Made by a program: the position numbers and the translations under genes. This document shows positions 42,714 to 53,086 of a DNA stretch of 64,000 bases, piece by piece. The stretch lies in contig OZ251518.1 of assembly GCA_965242965.1 (NCBI GenBank), forward strand, positions 2,432,001 to 2,496,000, in the 5' to 3' direction. The notes beneath the pieces were generated by a model. It was not told the origin of the DNA and ran no database searches. It saw only the letters and a list, made by a program, of their open reading frames with translations. Numbering within the stretch: position 1 is the stretch's first letter; every line of letters starts with the position of its first letter. Source of the stretch: Candidatus Poribacteria bacterium. Lineage in GTDB: Bacteria > Poribacteria > WGA-4E > WGA-3G.

Positions 42714-43568
42714 TTAATGCCCCTTCAAAAAATCAATCTCTTTGAGTTGACTTTTGCAGAAATTCAACGATTTGCTATCTGCACCCTTGAACCCACCCTT
42801 TGGGTGGTTCGCGGTATTGTAGCCTTGGAACTCCTGAACCTTGAATTCAACGCGGCCATAGCCTCGGGAGATATTGCCGCCGAGCCCGTCTTTTTCAAGA
42901 ATATCCATCGCATTGAGGAGATTAGTGATGTCCATCTTGGCTCGTTCTGCGTCCACAGGCATATTTCCGTTCGTTGGTTCACCGGTATGGTTGAACGATT
43001 CTACACGGTAAACCAACTCAAACGCAAATTCCGCGCCCGCTGGCACGCGCTCAAAGGTTCGGGGATGCGCTGCGGAGGTTAACCTATCAATAGCGTTCTC
43101 CATCTTCGTTTCGGTGATGATGAATCCGTCTTGTAAGAGTGCTTCTCTATTGGAAAGCGTGCCATCTCTTACGAGAAGCGCGCCTGGATAATTGTCCTGG
43201 CGTGCTGTCCTTCCTGTCGAACCGAAGATGCGACAGAGTTGACATGTATTCGCAGCGTTGAAATCGTCACATTCGTGCCGCCAGACTTTCTTTTGCCCAT
43301 CTCCGCCAGAACGGTTAGCGCGTAGTGGGCCGTCATTTGCGGTGCTGACAATTTTCTCGGTGATACTCCTCAATTTCCCTTTCAGGGAACTGCCGGGGAT
43401 ATACGGTTCCCCTGTCAATGGGTTCCGGATAACGTTCCTATCAATTCCGCCAATCTGCAGTGTGTCTTCGGCACCCCCGATTAACATGCCGGAACGGCAC
43501 TTAATGATGCCTGAAATCACAATATGCCCGTGGAGAAATCGTGACATATTTCCGTTTTGTAAACTCAT
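42714..43568 (-). CDS. csm3: Type III-A RAMP Csm3
   Basis: IGGID (catalytic D), PYIPGSSLKGKLRS, CRIFG, ENAIDR, ERVPAG, LGGNISRGYG. Confidence 0.95.
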   Translation of the reverse strand: MSLQNGNMSRFLHGHIVISGIIKCRSGMLIGGAEDTLQIGGIDRNVIRNPLTGEPYIPGSSLKGKLRSITEKIVSTANDGPLRANRSGGDGQKKVWRHECDDFNAANTCQLCRIFGSTGRTARQDNYPGALLVRDGTLSNREALLQDGFIITETKMENAIDRLTSAAHPRTFERVPAGAEFAFELVYRVESFNHTGEPTNGNMPVDAERAKMDITNLLNAMDILEKDGLGGNISRGYGRVEFKVQEFQGYNTANHPKGGFKGADSKSLNFCKSQLKEIDFLKGH

Positions 43569-43592
43569 CAGGAAGTCCTCCTCCTAGTGAGA

Positions 43593-43991
43593 CTACCCCG
43601 CGTAGGCGACGATAGCCTCGAAAAACTTGACGAATCGGGTTAAATCCGCTTTGTGCTGGATGACGTTTGGAGCCAAGCAGATGTCCAATGCTTCGCGAAG
43701 CCCTCGGATAGAGCGTTCCTTCCGTTCGGCATTGGCAAGATGCGGCCTCAAAAAAAGTAACTGTGCAACGAGCTCTTGCGACAACGCATCGCCGGGCTCC
43801 TGCCCCAGCGTCCGACGCTCAATCTGCTTGACAGCATCGTAAAACTTGCGCAGCTGATGGTTTTTGAGTCCTTTATCAGAAAGTGCTTTCCCGATTTCTT
43901 CGGCGGCACCCACCAGCGGCTGCGGGGCTACCTCTCCGAAAGAGGTCCCATCTGCTAGCAGTGGCTTAATTTCCTGTTCAAAGATACCCAT
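43593..43991 (-). CDS. csm2: Type III-A small subunit Csm2
   Basis: QLRKFYD, P.LA, FVKFFEAIVAY. Confidence 0.93.
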   Translation of the reverse strand: MGIFEQEIKPLLADGTSFGEVAPQPLVGAAEEIGKALSDKGLKNHQLRKFYDAVKQIERRTLGQEPGDALSQELVAQLLFLRPHLANAERKERSIRGLREALDICLAPNVIQHKADLTRFVKFFEAIVAYAG

Positions 43992-46270
43992 TAATTCTCT
44001 CCTTCTACGCGGCGGGTTAGATATTCTACCCAGTGCAGGGCGATATGCAACTTTGATACCTGGTCGTGTCGAAAAAGGAGCGTTTTTAAGTCCGCCAACG
44101 CCGGCGTTTGCGGCTGTATCCGTTCAAACTGACGTTGAGTATGAAACATCATTGGCAGATACAGCACTCCATCTTCTTGCCAGATGTTGAGCATTTCAAA
44201 GAGTTTGCGAGTGAACCCGTGCGGTAGTTCTTGGTACACCGCGTGCAACTGCTTTGTCAATTGAATGACATCGTGGTATTCGTCCCACTGCGCAGCGACT
44301 GCAATGCGATTGGGGGCTTGTTGCTGCCACGCATACTCTTGATATGCTTTGTCAATCCGTTCTTTCAGCGAGCTGTTCCGTCTTTTCAGCATTTCGCTGT
44401 AGAATAGCGCGAGGCTGTTTTTATTCTCCTCCGTTTCGTGATGCTTATTTGCCTTCGCCGCCTTTTCCGCTTGTTCTGCCGTGCGCGCCATCTGATAAAG
44501 CGGGAACTTTGGTTTGTGAAGCGTCACGCCACCGGAGAGATGGACCTCGGGATTCTCACAAGAGAATGCCTGGAAACACGTGTTAATGTCAAATGCCAGT
44601 TCCGCGACATCGTCCCACGCCCCGACGATGAAAAGGTCATCGCCGCCAGCATAGACGATAGAGACATTCCGTCCGTTCGTTTTTTCTGATTTCGCTCCGG
44701 TGATGTCAACAGGAAACCCATCTTTCCCGAAATCCCCCAACTTCATACTGCAGATTTCGTTGAGGTATCCTTTGAAAAAAAGATTCATGCTGCGGGACAG
44801 GTTTGAGAGGGCGGCGATGCCCAGATGGGATGCCTCATGAAAAAGTTTGCCCGAGTCGTCAACATCCATCCGCAGACACCCGATAAGTTCCGAACCCTGC
44901 GCCGCTTTCGCCAATCCGGAGAAGGATGCGGTGAAGCCTTCAGACCGGTCCATCTCCCGCCCATAGTCTCTCTGATACTCTTCCTTTTCGTGGGCCTGCG
45001 CTGGGGTTGGTAAATCTGCGACAGCACGAACGTAATCGGCGTAGAGGAACGGGAAAGTCTTTTCATCGTAGTCCTCAAGGTTCCAGCTGTTCACGAGCCA
45101 CCGCGCGTCGTAGTCGCTTACTTCGGCACGCTGTGTGACTTGGTATGCCGCGTATTGTCCGCGATGCGTTGGAAATCGAAGGGTGCCATCTGAGAAATCC
45201 CGCGATGTTGAAGAGGTTCGCACGATGCAGGTGAACTCTGTCAACAGGTCTCCTAATTTCAACAGATGATAGGCGAGTTTGCTGACGCGTCCAACTTCAG
45301 GCACCTCGGTCATGTCTTCCTCAGGTAGATCATCCCGGTGTGTGATTTGACATGCCTCTTGGTTTGCCAATTGCTTCGGCATTTGGGGACGGAAGAGATC
45401 CTGAAAGGAAGCATCGTCCCAGAATTTGCGCCACTTCTGTTTGCGCAATTTTTCGGCAATCCAGTCCCACTTTTCTGCAAATTGAGAGCTTGCAATGTCG
45501 CTAGCACACAAAGACTCGCAATCCATCGCGAGGAACAACTGAAAGCCGAACTGTGCCATTATCCACGCGTTGAGCTCCTGCGCAAAATCGTGAATTGCGC
45601 GTTGGTTTTCCGGGGTATTTGGCACCAGAAGACTGAAGCCGCCACCACCGGAAAAGATGCAACTATATCGGCTAGCCCCGGTGGCTTGTTGCACCTCATA
45701 AACAATATGTTCGGTTAACAGTTCTAAGAGGAACGAGCGGCCGCGGAGCGTTTTGAGGGCACCGCGTGACGAAATCGTGTAGATTGCCTCCTGTATACCG
45801 GAGAAATCCCCCGATACAAGTAGAAACGGTGCATCGGGCTGTCCGTGTTCCAAACAGTCATGAATTGCCGCAGCAGATTTTACCGCGTCATAGAAAGAGA
45901 CGTAGGGGACATCAGGTGAGATGGACAGGAACGTTCCGTTCTTTTCAAGGCATGCAAGCGCAAGTGTGTCATTTGCGGTGAACCGCTCCCAGCCGCCCGG
46001 CGGCTCGGGAATTTCCGATTGGCAATCCGCTTGTGCTGTCGGATAAGCAATTTGGTGAGCATCCAACGGCTGCCAGCGTATCTCTTTTTCAACGATGGCT
46101 GTGTATTCACCAATCATCGAGAAAATTGATTCTAATGGCTGCCCTTTTATTTGAACCCGCTCGGAATCAATACCGATGAGTTTCAATGCGTCGCGCACCG
46201 ATGCATTCGCCGATGTTTCTTCAGTGTTCTGTAAAATGTGTAACGCCCATGCGAGGATAGGATTCATCAT
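43991..46270 (-). CDS. cas10: Cas10/Csm1 with intact Palm cyclase and degenerate HD domain
   Basis: GDFSGIQ, LRGRSF, SGGGGF, RMDVD, VYAGGDDLF; N-terminus LAWALHIL in place of HD. Confidence 0.93.
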   Translation of the reverse strand: MMNPILAWALHILQNTEETSANASVRDALKLIGIDSERVQIKGQPLESIFSMIGEYTAIVEKEIRWQPLDAHQIAYPTAQADCQSEIPEPPGGWERFTANDTLALACLEKNGTFLSISPDVPYVSFYDAVKSAAAIHDCLEHGQPDAPFLLVSGDFSGIQEAIYTISSRGALKTLRGRSFLLELLTEHIVYEVQQATGASRYSCIFSGGGGFSLLVPNTPENQRAIHDFAQELNAWIMAQFGFQLFLAMDCESLCASDIASSQFAEKWDWIAEKLRKQKWRKFWDDASFQDLFRPQMPKQLANQEACQITHRDDLPEEDMTEVPEVGRVSKLAYHLLKLGDLLTEFTCIVRTSSTSRDFSDGTLRFPTHRGQYAAYQVTQRAEVSDYDARWLVNSWNLEDYDEKTFPFLYADYVRAVADLPTPAQAHEKEEYQRDYGREMDRSEGFTASFSGLAKAAQGSELIGCLRMDVDDSGKLFHEASHLGIAALSNLSRSMNLFFKGYLNEICSMKLGDFGKDGFPVDITGAKSEKTNGRNVSIVYAGGDDLFIVGAWDDVAELAFDINTCFQAFSCENPEVHLSGGVTLHKPKFPLYQMARTAEQAEKAAKANKHHETEENKNSLALFYSEMLKRRNSSLKERIDKAYQEYAWQQQAPNRIAVAAQWDEYHDVIQLTKQLHAVYQELPHGFTRKLFEMLNIWQEDGVLYLPMMFHTQRQFERIQPQTPALADLKTLLFRHDQVSKLHIALHWVEYLTRRVEGEN

Positions 46271-46368
46271 CGCGTTTTGTCCACCTGTTAGTTTCCTGAA
46301 TTTTGCCCCTTCATTGACAAACTCACGGTTTTGAGAAATGGTTCTCCGCTTCCATCCACTTGCCTGAT

Positions 46369-46545
46369 TAAAGTTTAACATCATTTCACATTTTTGTCAA
46401 ACTTGTTTTAGTCAGTTTAGCAGCACCGACGTTTTTTGTCAAGTTACCTCGCGCGCGTGAAATATAAGCGGCGCGACACGCGCGGATACCTGCATCTCCT
46501 GTTGATGCATAAAGTTTAACATCATCTCGCATTTTTGTCAAACTT
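46369..46545 (-). promoter_or_regulatory. Duplicated promoter upstream of cas10
   Basis: Two ~35-bp near-identical copies (46369-46404, 46510-46545), minus strand TTGACA...TG-TAAACT. Confidence 0.6.
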
Positions 46546-46556
46546 TTTTTCAGGTT

Positions 46557-46850
46557 GTATCAAGCCAGTATGCCTCCCCTTGCACAAACGGGTTGTTATG
46601 CTCGGCTGGCGGCAGGCGATCGACCAGGGCGAAACGGCGGACATCGCGCCCCAACTTGCGCGCCTATTCGGCGAAAACTGCAAGAATCCAGCGGATTTCA
46701 TCGTCGGGACTGCCGATAGAAATCTCAACCCTTTCCGGGGTAACTCCAAGAACCTTGTGTATCCCCTCCTGAAAGATTGGCCATGTGTCTTGCTGAGCCT
46801 TTTCCGTAACCACGGTGAGCCTATCCGAGAGGGCAGGCGCGCCTTCTCTT
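46557..46850 (-). pseudogene. Possible remnant of a Csx1/TM1812-type CARF gene
   Basis: VTEKAQQDTW...VEISIGSPDDEIRWILAVF* resembles the TM1812 CARF core; internal stop; 5' part replaced by REPs. Confidence 0.4.
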
Positions 46851-46879
46851 GACCTATTCGGGTGCAGGCGCACCCGAAC

Positions 46880-47085
46880 TATAGGGCTAGCGTGCGCCCC
46901 GCCTGTAGGACAGGGGTGTATGCTCCTGACCTGGTTGTAATCAGAGGCGCATCGAGACCGGGAGGTCTCTCCTACGGGGACATCGCTTGCATCGAGACCG
47001 GGAGGGCTCTCCCACCTACGTGAACGCAGCCGCACCTCTGTAGTTCGGGCTCGCCTGAGCCCGAACGGAGGGCTCTCCTATCTAT
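46880..47085. repeat. REP cluster
   Basis: CATCGAGACCGGGAGG..CTCTCCTAC and GTAGTTCGGG hairpins. Confidence 0.7.
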
Positions 47086-47169
47086 GTGAACGCAGCCGGT
47101 TTTGATTGACAACGAAACCGAAATTCTGCATAATAGAGAAAAATAGACACTCTTCCGGAGGCGGTAGAT

Positions 47170-48774
47170 ATGGAGATGATAACTTTTCCTTGGCAAATGG
47201 TGATTTTGTGCGGTTTATCCCTCTGTGTGGGATGGGGCATCCGTGGCAATTTTGGGCATGAATACGGCGCGGCACTGCCGGGTGCTCTCGCCGCAATGGC
47301 AATTGTCTTGCTCTCTGGCCGTGAGGATTGGTGGCGGTATGTCCACTATTTTGCGATGTTCGGCGCGATTGGCTGGTCCTTCGGCGGCAGCATGTCCTAC
47401 ATGCAGGTAGTCGGCTATACGCATTCGCCTCACTCACTGACGGTGCTTTACGGGTTTGCGAACCTTTTCGTCATCGGTTTCTTATGGGCAACCCTCGGCG
47501 GTGCGGGGACCGCTTTGCCCGCGTTCCTCACGAGTGAGCAGTTAGCACTCTTCTTCGTGCCGATGTGCGCGGTTTTTATCGCCTGGTCTGCCCAGGCGGT
47601 CGTCATTGACTTAGTTTTCGCGCCAAAACGGATGCAACGGCACGAAAGCCCACTCTATTGGTATGATACCGATTGGGTGGCAGCCCTCGGTGCGATAGTC
47701 GCCGCACTTATCGTTGCCCTTTTCCGGGGCGGTTTTGATATGGCCACCTCACTTGTTCTCTACATGGGCATCGGCTGGTTCGCGGCGTTCCTGCTGCTCG
47801 TCCCCGTTTTCCGCTTACGCATGACACCGCCGCGCGGGGATAATTGGGCAGGTTGCGTCGGGCTCGTCATCGGCGTATTGGCGTATTGCTGGCAGTATCA
47901 ACTCGGCGGCGTTGCTTTCGCCACCTTGATGACAGGTTTCGCGGGTGGGATTGCGTTTTCATTTGGACAACTGCTGAAACTGCTCTGTATCCGAACAGGC
48001 CGCCAAACGAATTGGCACAGCGTCATGGAGCAAACGCAAGGCATGCTTTTCGGGCTCGGCATCGCAGTGACATTTTGCTTGCTGCGCAATCGCGCGCCGG
48101 AACTCGCGGCGGCCCCGGGTGTGCCACAGTGGACAGAAATCTGCGCTGTCTTTTTCGTCCTCATCGCCTTGACGTATCTGAATTACCGCAAGGCAACGGC
48201 GACATGGGTTGAGCAAGTCGCGCCGTTACCGGAACGGTTTTTTGGTTTGCCTGTGGCGGGTTGGTTTCGGCACTCACGCGGTTGGATAGGCTGGTTTGAA
48301 CTTTTTTATATCGGGCTCGGCATTGCTTGTGTTTGGATATTGAGTGCGCATTTCCGAGAGCCGCTCGCCTTCATCCCGACAAGTTGGCTCGGCAAAGGGC
48401 AGCTCCTCTACTTTATCTTTTTGTGGTGGATTGTGATTTTCAACTTTGAGCGCGCCCTCGTCGGATTTAGTCCGCATCGGTTGGTAACGGAAGGCACGAT
48501 TACCCTCAACGCGATTATCTGCACCGCGCTGATGGCACTCGGCGCGCAGGCAATTCCGAAACAAATCGGGAGTCTCTTTTCATTTACCGACTGGCTCTGG
48601 AAAACGTCGCTGTGGGGAATCGCGGTGATGATAGTGAGTTCGTTGGCGTTTTGGGGTATCAAGCATGTGCTTTTCGGAAAGGAGCATGCCCCCGGTGCAG
48701 CATTACATATCCGTTTCGGCGAGGATTCTAACGCGCCGAAGGATAAGCCGAAGTCTGGACAGCCGCATCCTTAA
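47170..48774 (+). CDS. Conserved polytopic membrane protein
   Basis: 534 aa, many TM helices, GWGIRGNFGHEYGA motif. Confidence 0.75.
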   Translation: MEMITFPWQMVILCGLSLCVGWGIRGNFGHEYGAALPGALAAMAIVLLSGREDWWRYVHYFAMFGAIGWSFGGSMSYMQVVGYTHSPHSLTVLYGFANLFVIGFLWATLGGAGTALPAFLTSEQLALFFVPMCAVFIAWSAQAVVIDLVFAPKRMQRHESPLYWYDTDWVAALGAIVAALIVALFRGGFDMATSLVLYMGIGWFAAFLLLVPVFRLRMTPPRGDNWAGCVGLVIGVLAYCWQYQLGGVAFATLMTGFAGGIAFSFGQLLKLLCIRTGRQTNWHSVMEQTQGMLFGLGIAVTFCLLRNRAPELAAAPGVPQWTEICAVFFVLIALTYLNYRKATATWVEQVAPLPERFFGLPVAGWFRHSRGWIGWFELFYIGLGIACVWILSAHFREPLAFIPTSWLGKGQLLYFIFLWWIVIFNFERALVGFSPHRLVTEGTITLNAIICTALMALGAQAIPKQIGSLFSFTDWLWKTSLWGIAVMIVSSLAFWGIKHVLFGKEHAPGAALHIRFGEDSNAPKDKPKSGQPHP

Positions 48775-48859
48775 GGCAACTTTTTTTGAAAAAAGGGTTG
48801 ACATCCGTTTAAAAGTGTGGTATCCTATTTCTATCTAATACTAGAAAGGAGGGTAACTC

Positions 48860-49192
48860 ATGACAAACGAGGAACTCATACTCAAAAAACTTGACGAACT
48901 CACGGCGGAGATTAAGGAGGTCCGCTCCGAATCCGCTACCGAGTTCAAGAAGGTCCGCGAAGACGCTGCTGACACGAAGGTGCATCAAGCCAGATTGGAA
49001 GGCGAACTACGCGCATTGGAATCCAAAATGGGCGGCAAATTGGATACGTTGGCGACGAAACTTGAAGCCCATATCGCTGATACGCGCGAGCGAAAAGGCG
49101 ATAGGAATGAACGATGGAAAATCGCGGGCATCATCGCCTCGGGCTGCCTCGCCATCGTCTCTCTGTTCGTCTCGTTCTTTAAAAATAATTAG
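48860..49192 (+). CDS. Coiled-coil protein with C-terminal TM helix
   Basis: Strong AGGAGG RBS and TTGACA..TATCCT promoter; heptad pattern followed by a hydrophobic C-terminus. Confidence 0.7.
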   Translation: MTNEELILKKLDELTAEIKEVRSESATEFKKVREDAADTKVHQARLEGELRALESKMGGKLDTLATKLEAHIADTRERKGDRNERWKIAGIIASGCLAIVSLFVSFFKNN

Positions 49193-49198
49193 CTGCGC

Positions 49199-49226
49199 CA
49201 GCCGCGAGGTTTTAACCTCGCGGCTG
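49199..49226. terminator. Perfect hairpin between convergent genes
   Basis: CAGCCGCGAGGTT-TT-AACCTCGCGGCTG. Confidence 0.6.
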
Positions 49227-49242
49227 CTGCATTGTTTCCATT

Positions 49243-50397
49243 TTAATCGCCTACTCGCCGCTGTCGATAGACTCTGCCGCTTTTGACAACAACGATAGGC
49301 TCCAGTTTCTGTTTGCTGACGCGGACCTGGCCGCGGGCATCCACTAGTTCAAACGCGCCTTCGCGCAGTTCAAAAACTACCGCATCTCCCCACGCATCAA
49401 CTGCCAGCGTGCCGACTTGCCCCGGCATCAATATCGTGTCCGCAGGCACACTCGTCACTTTCGCCAACGCATCGTCAAGAGACATGCCGAGATACAGGAA
49501 TTTGTTGACGACGTTCACTAAATCGTAGACAGGGCCGTCCACGTTGTAGACATGCAAATCGGAGGAGATAGTCGTTGGTTCAACACCTTGCGCCATCGCC
49601 TTGTCAACGACATCCCAACTAAAAGAGCCCGCGCCGTGTCCAACATCGAAAATAACGCCGCGCTCAAGGGCGGCATGCACGGAGTCGCGGATTGTGCCGT
49701 TTTCATCCAAGATGCCACACGGCATATCGTGGAAGCAGTGCGTTAAAATATCACGCTTGCCCATCACTGCTAAGATGTCGTCAATGGATTGACACCACGC
49801 GTCTTGTGGATGAACCATCAGAGGGAGCCCCGCGGCATCGGCAGCCTCACGCGCCCGGTGCAAGGGTAACATTCCTGCCCGCGTGCCGACAATACTCTCC
49901 CGCGTCAAACGCACCTTGACACCCAAGATAATATCGCGATGCGCTTCTATCATCCTGCACGCCTTGCCGACATCGGCGTAATCTGGATTTTCTAATTCGC
50001 CAATCTCCTGCGTCAGCATGCCTTGCGAGGAGATGTTCAATTGCGCGAGGATCCGCGTGCCGCTCACATCAATGACGTATTTACGGAAGCCGGGGAAGGT
50101 ATCCGCACCTGCTGAACCGGCATCGACTACTGTCGTCGCGCCACGCGCCAAACAACTCGGGTCTGGTTCAATCCCAAAGTGGCTGACTCCGTAAAAGACA
50201 TGCACGTGCAAATCGATGAGCCCCGGCGTGACGAAGCATCCGTTTGCGTCAAGCACCTCACGCGCTTCAGAGGCAGGGATGTCATCGCCAACCGCGGCGA
50301 CGTGGCCATTCGCGAACCCTATGTCCCGGCGCGCGTGGATGCCTTGCGCGGCATCGATGAGCGTTCCGTTTTTGATCAGCAGTTCATAATTGCGCAT
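49243..50397 (-). CDS. Amidohydrolase/deacetylase (dihydroorotase-like family)
   Basis: PGLIDLHVH, VVDAGSAG, GVKVR, MVH, THCFH, DVGHG, SSDLH. Confidence 0.88.
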   Translation of the reverse strand: MRNYELLIKNGTLIDAAQGIHARRDIGFANGHVAAVGDDIPASEAREVLDANGCFVTPGLIDLHVHVFYGVSHFGIEPDPSCLARGATTVVDAGSAGADTFPGFRKYVIDVSGTRILAQLNISSQGMLTQEIGELENPDYADVGKACRMIEAHRDIILGVKVRLTRESIVGTRAGMLPLHRAREAADAAGLPLMVHPQDAWCQSIDDILAVMGKRDILTHCFHDMPCGILDENGTIRDSVHAALERGVIFDVGHGAGSFSWDVVDKAMAQGVEPTTISSDLHVYNVDGPVYDLVNVVNKFLYLGMSLDDALAKVTSVPADTILMPGQVGTLAVDAWGDAVVFELREGAFELVDARGQVRVSKQKLEPIVVVKSGRVYRQRRVGD

Positions 50398-50415
50398 CTT
50401 GTCCTCACCTTAACC

Positions 50416-51921
50416 TTAATGTGTGCTTTCGCGATGCGTCATCGGACACCACCGAGACATGAGGAGATAATCAAACAGTGCCGATTCCGCTGCCGGCGTG
50501 CCGATGCGTTTCAATGCGAGGACAGAGTTGTCCCGGACATACCGATTCCCGTCGCGCAAGGCATCTGCCAATACAGGGATTGCGTCGCTTGAAGCGGGTC
50601 CAATCTGTGCCAACGCCAACGCCGCGTCAAACCGCACCTGCTCATCGGAATCAGATGCCAGCATGTTACTCAACACGGGCACTGCCTTGGATGCCGCGGG
50701 CCCGATGCTTCCCAGCGCGTCCACACTGTAGCGACGCACCTCGACGACGCTGTCTTCCGCACGCGCCATCAGCGCGGGCACTGCGGTGTGCGCCGGGCTT
50801 CCTATCTGTGCGAGCGCATAGGCACTCTCAACGCGCGCCGCGTCTTCTCCTTCGTCCAATGCCTCGCTTAACGCCGGCACCGCGGCTTCGCCCACCGCGC
50901 CCAATGCATACGCCGCCATCCGTCGCGTCTGCTCGTTTTCAGCACCGAGTGTTTCTATCAGTTTCGGCACAGCAGGTTCGCCGATGGCACCTAACGCGTA
51001 AGCGGCGTTTAAACGCACCGGTTCATAAGTCTCGTGCAATGCGGTGATGAGCATCGGCACTGCCTCTGCAGCCGATTCGCCTAGCAATCCCAGTTCGTCC
51101 GCTGCGCGCGAACGCACTGCTGGATTCTCATCGCGCAATGATGCGAGGTGAGATGCAAGGTTTCCGTTGGCAGTTGCAGCAGATTGCCCATTTTTCTCGC
51201 CTGTCATCCAATTCCAAACGTGCCGCCACGTTCCCTCGTGCGTCACCGCCGCGGCCCCACCGTTCTCCGGAGGTTTCCCCGTATCCCAATTCGGATGCAC
51301 TACGTTCCACTCAGGACTTGTAGGTTCGTCCATTCGGATGAATTGGAACTTCATCATATACCGCGTTTTGTCGGTGCGGTTCGCCATGGCCCGATGCCAC
51401 AAATCGAAGTGGATGAGCGTTACCGTGCCTGCCTCGCCACTCATCGGCAATTCACCCTCACTGTTTTCTGTGATGCGGGTGCTGTAATACTGCGTCCCCG
51501 GTAGGATTGACGAGGGCCCGAGCTCAAGCGGCGCATCCTGCGGATAATAAAACGCCATCGCCCAACGGGGCCGGTGGTGCCGCACTTTGTTGTAGCCCCA
51601 ATAACTATCCTTGTGAAACCCCTGTCCATCGCTATGTGGACGGTTCTGATGCGGATGCCGATGCGAATGCATGACATAATTCTCGCCGAGGATGCTCGTC
51701 AACGCGCCGCGCACAGCAGGCTCCTCGAAAACCGCTTGCAATTCAGGGACGCGCGGCAAGATGTTATTGCCCAAATTCCCCTCTTTGGCAGTCAGTTCCT
51801 GCGTTTTGCGATAGATAGTCTCATGAAAACTGCGCGGTAACGCTGCTTTCACCGTGACATATCCGTTGACGATGAAATCGCGCATCTGTGTATCTGTGAA
51901 AAGATGTGAATTGGCTTGCAT
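50416..51921 (-). CDS. Phytanoyl-CoA dioxygenase domain fused to HEAT/PBS-lyase repeats
   Basis: FHKD and LWHRA Fe ligands; repeated VRxxAAxALGxIG. Confidence 0.85.
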   Translation of the reverse strand: MQANSHLFTDTQMRDFIVNGYVTVKAALPRSFHETIYRKTQELTAKEGNLGNNILPRVPELQAVFEEPAVRGALTSILGENYVMHSHRHPHQNRPHSDGQGFHKDSYWGYNKVRHHRPRWAMAFYYPQDAPLELGPSSILPGTQYYSTRITENSEGELPMSGEAGTVTLIHFDLWHRAMANRTDKTRYMMKFQFIRMDEPTSPEWNVVHPNWDTGKPPENGGAAAVTHEGTWRHVWNWMTGEKNGQSAATANGNLASHLASLRDENPAVRSRAADELGLLGESAAEAVPMLITALHETYEPVRLNAAYALGAIGEPAVPKLIETLGAENEQTRRMAAYALGAVGEAAVPALSEALDEGEDAARVESAYALAQIGSPAHTAVPALMARAEDSVVEVRRYSVDALGSIGPAASKAVPVLSNMLASDSDEQVRFDAALALAQIGPASSDAIPVLADALRDGNRYVRDNSVLALKRIGTPAAESALFDYLLMSRWCPMTHRESTH

Positions 51922-51969
51922 GATGAATCTCCTTTTTGGAACGCCGCTCCTATCTGTAATCAAAAATGG

Positions 51970-52135
51970 GCATCGAGACAGGGATGTCTCTCCTACCATG
52001 CACCGATCGCGGGGGACAGGCCCCCGCGCTACGGGGGGCATCGAAACCGGGATGTCTCTCCTACTATGCACCGATCGCGGGGGACAGGCCCCCGCGCTAC
52101 GGGGGACATCAAAACCGGGATGTCTCTCCTACCCT
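51970..52135. repeat. Tandem REP units
   Basis: Repeated CATCGAxACxGGGATGTCTCTCCTAC..GATCGCGGGGGACAGGCCCCCGCGCTAC. Confidence 0.8.
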
Positions 52136-52276
52136 ATTCGTAATCAAAAATGGACGGCATTCAGCCGTTCTGTAACTATTCACTATTTTACTTGACTTTA
52201 ACTTAAATGTCATGTATTTTTTTAATATCAGATTTTTCTCTTTTTTGAAGGTGCCTTACGAGGAGGATACGTCAAA

Positions 52277-53086
52277 ATGGAAATTCTAACGCAATTGCAG
52301 AAACAGCAGTGGCACGAGCAGGGATACCTCGTCTTGAAAAATGTCCTCTCCGTTGAGGAGGTCCAACGGCTGACCGCGGTGGTAGATGCGATGGACGCTG
52401 AATTCCGCCTCGGCGAGAATATCAACGCCGATGCGGTTTTTGACAAACGCAACGTTATGGAAGATAACGATATCTTCGTTTCGCTGATGGCTCATCGCGT
52501 TACCTTCCCGATAGTGCTCGAGTTGCTGGGGCCTTACATCCAACTGAGCATGTCCGAAGTCATCGTGCGGCCGCCGAATCCGAAGGATAAAGGGTATCTT
52601 CACACCGATGGCGGCCAAGCGATGCGCGGCATCCGGGTTAGCGAGACGAGTTGGCCGCTTCAGGTTAAGATTCACTATTTCCTGACAGACTTGGATAATC
52701 CCGACAGCGGAAATTTCACCGTTGTGCCCGGGAGTCACAATCGTCCATTTCCAGAGGAAGGCGTTCCGGATGGCCCCTATATCCCCGAAGCGGTGCAATT
52801 GCGCGTCAAAGCCGGTGATGCCGCAGTCTTCCCACACGCGTTATGGCACGGTGTCGTTGGAAATAAATCGGCGCAGCCGCGCAAGACGCTTATCTACTGC
52901 TATAGCCACCACTGCTTCCGGCCGTTTGATTACGAGAAGGCATCGCCGGAACTTTTGGCACGTTGCACGCCGCGCCAACGCCGATTAATCGGAGACATCG
53001 GCGATTGGAAACCGGGAGCATATTTCTATTCACCGGCAGACCAGGGGGAGTTAATTCTCGGACAGGAAAAGGATAACTTACCTTGA
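52277..53086 (+). CDS. Phytanoyl-CoA dioxygenase family protein
   Basis: LHTD, VVPGSH, AGDA..F..LWHG, R motifs. Confidence 0.88.
   Translation: MEILTQLQKQQWHEQGYLVLKNVLSVEEVQRLTAVVDAMDAEFRLGENINADAVFDKRNVMEDNDIFVSLMAHRVTFPIVLELLGPYIQLSMSEVIVRPPNPKDKGYLHTDGGQAMRGIRVSETSWPLQVKIHYFLTDLDNPDSGNFTVVPGSHNRPFPEEGVPDGPYIPEAVQLRVKAGDAAVFPHALWHGVVGNKSAQPRKTLIYCYSHHCFRPFDYEKASPELLARCTPRQRRLIGDIGDWKPGAYFYSPADQGELILGQEKDNLP

Noticed and set aside
46271-46384. Longer Cas10 N-terminus that might restore the HD domain
   Set aside because: The extension overlaps the promoter, has no HD motif, and an RBS precedes the ATG at 46270.
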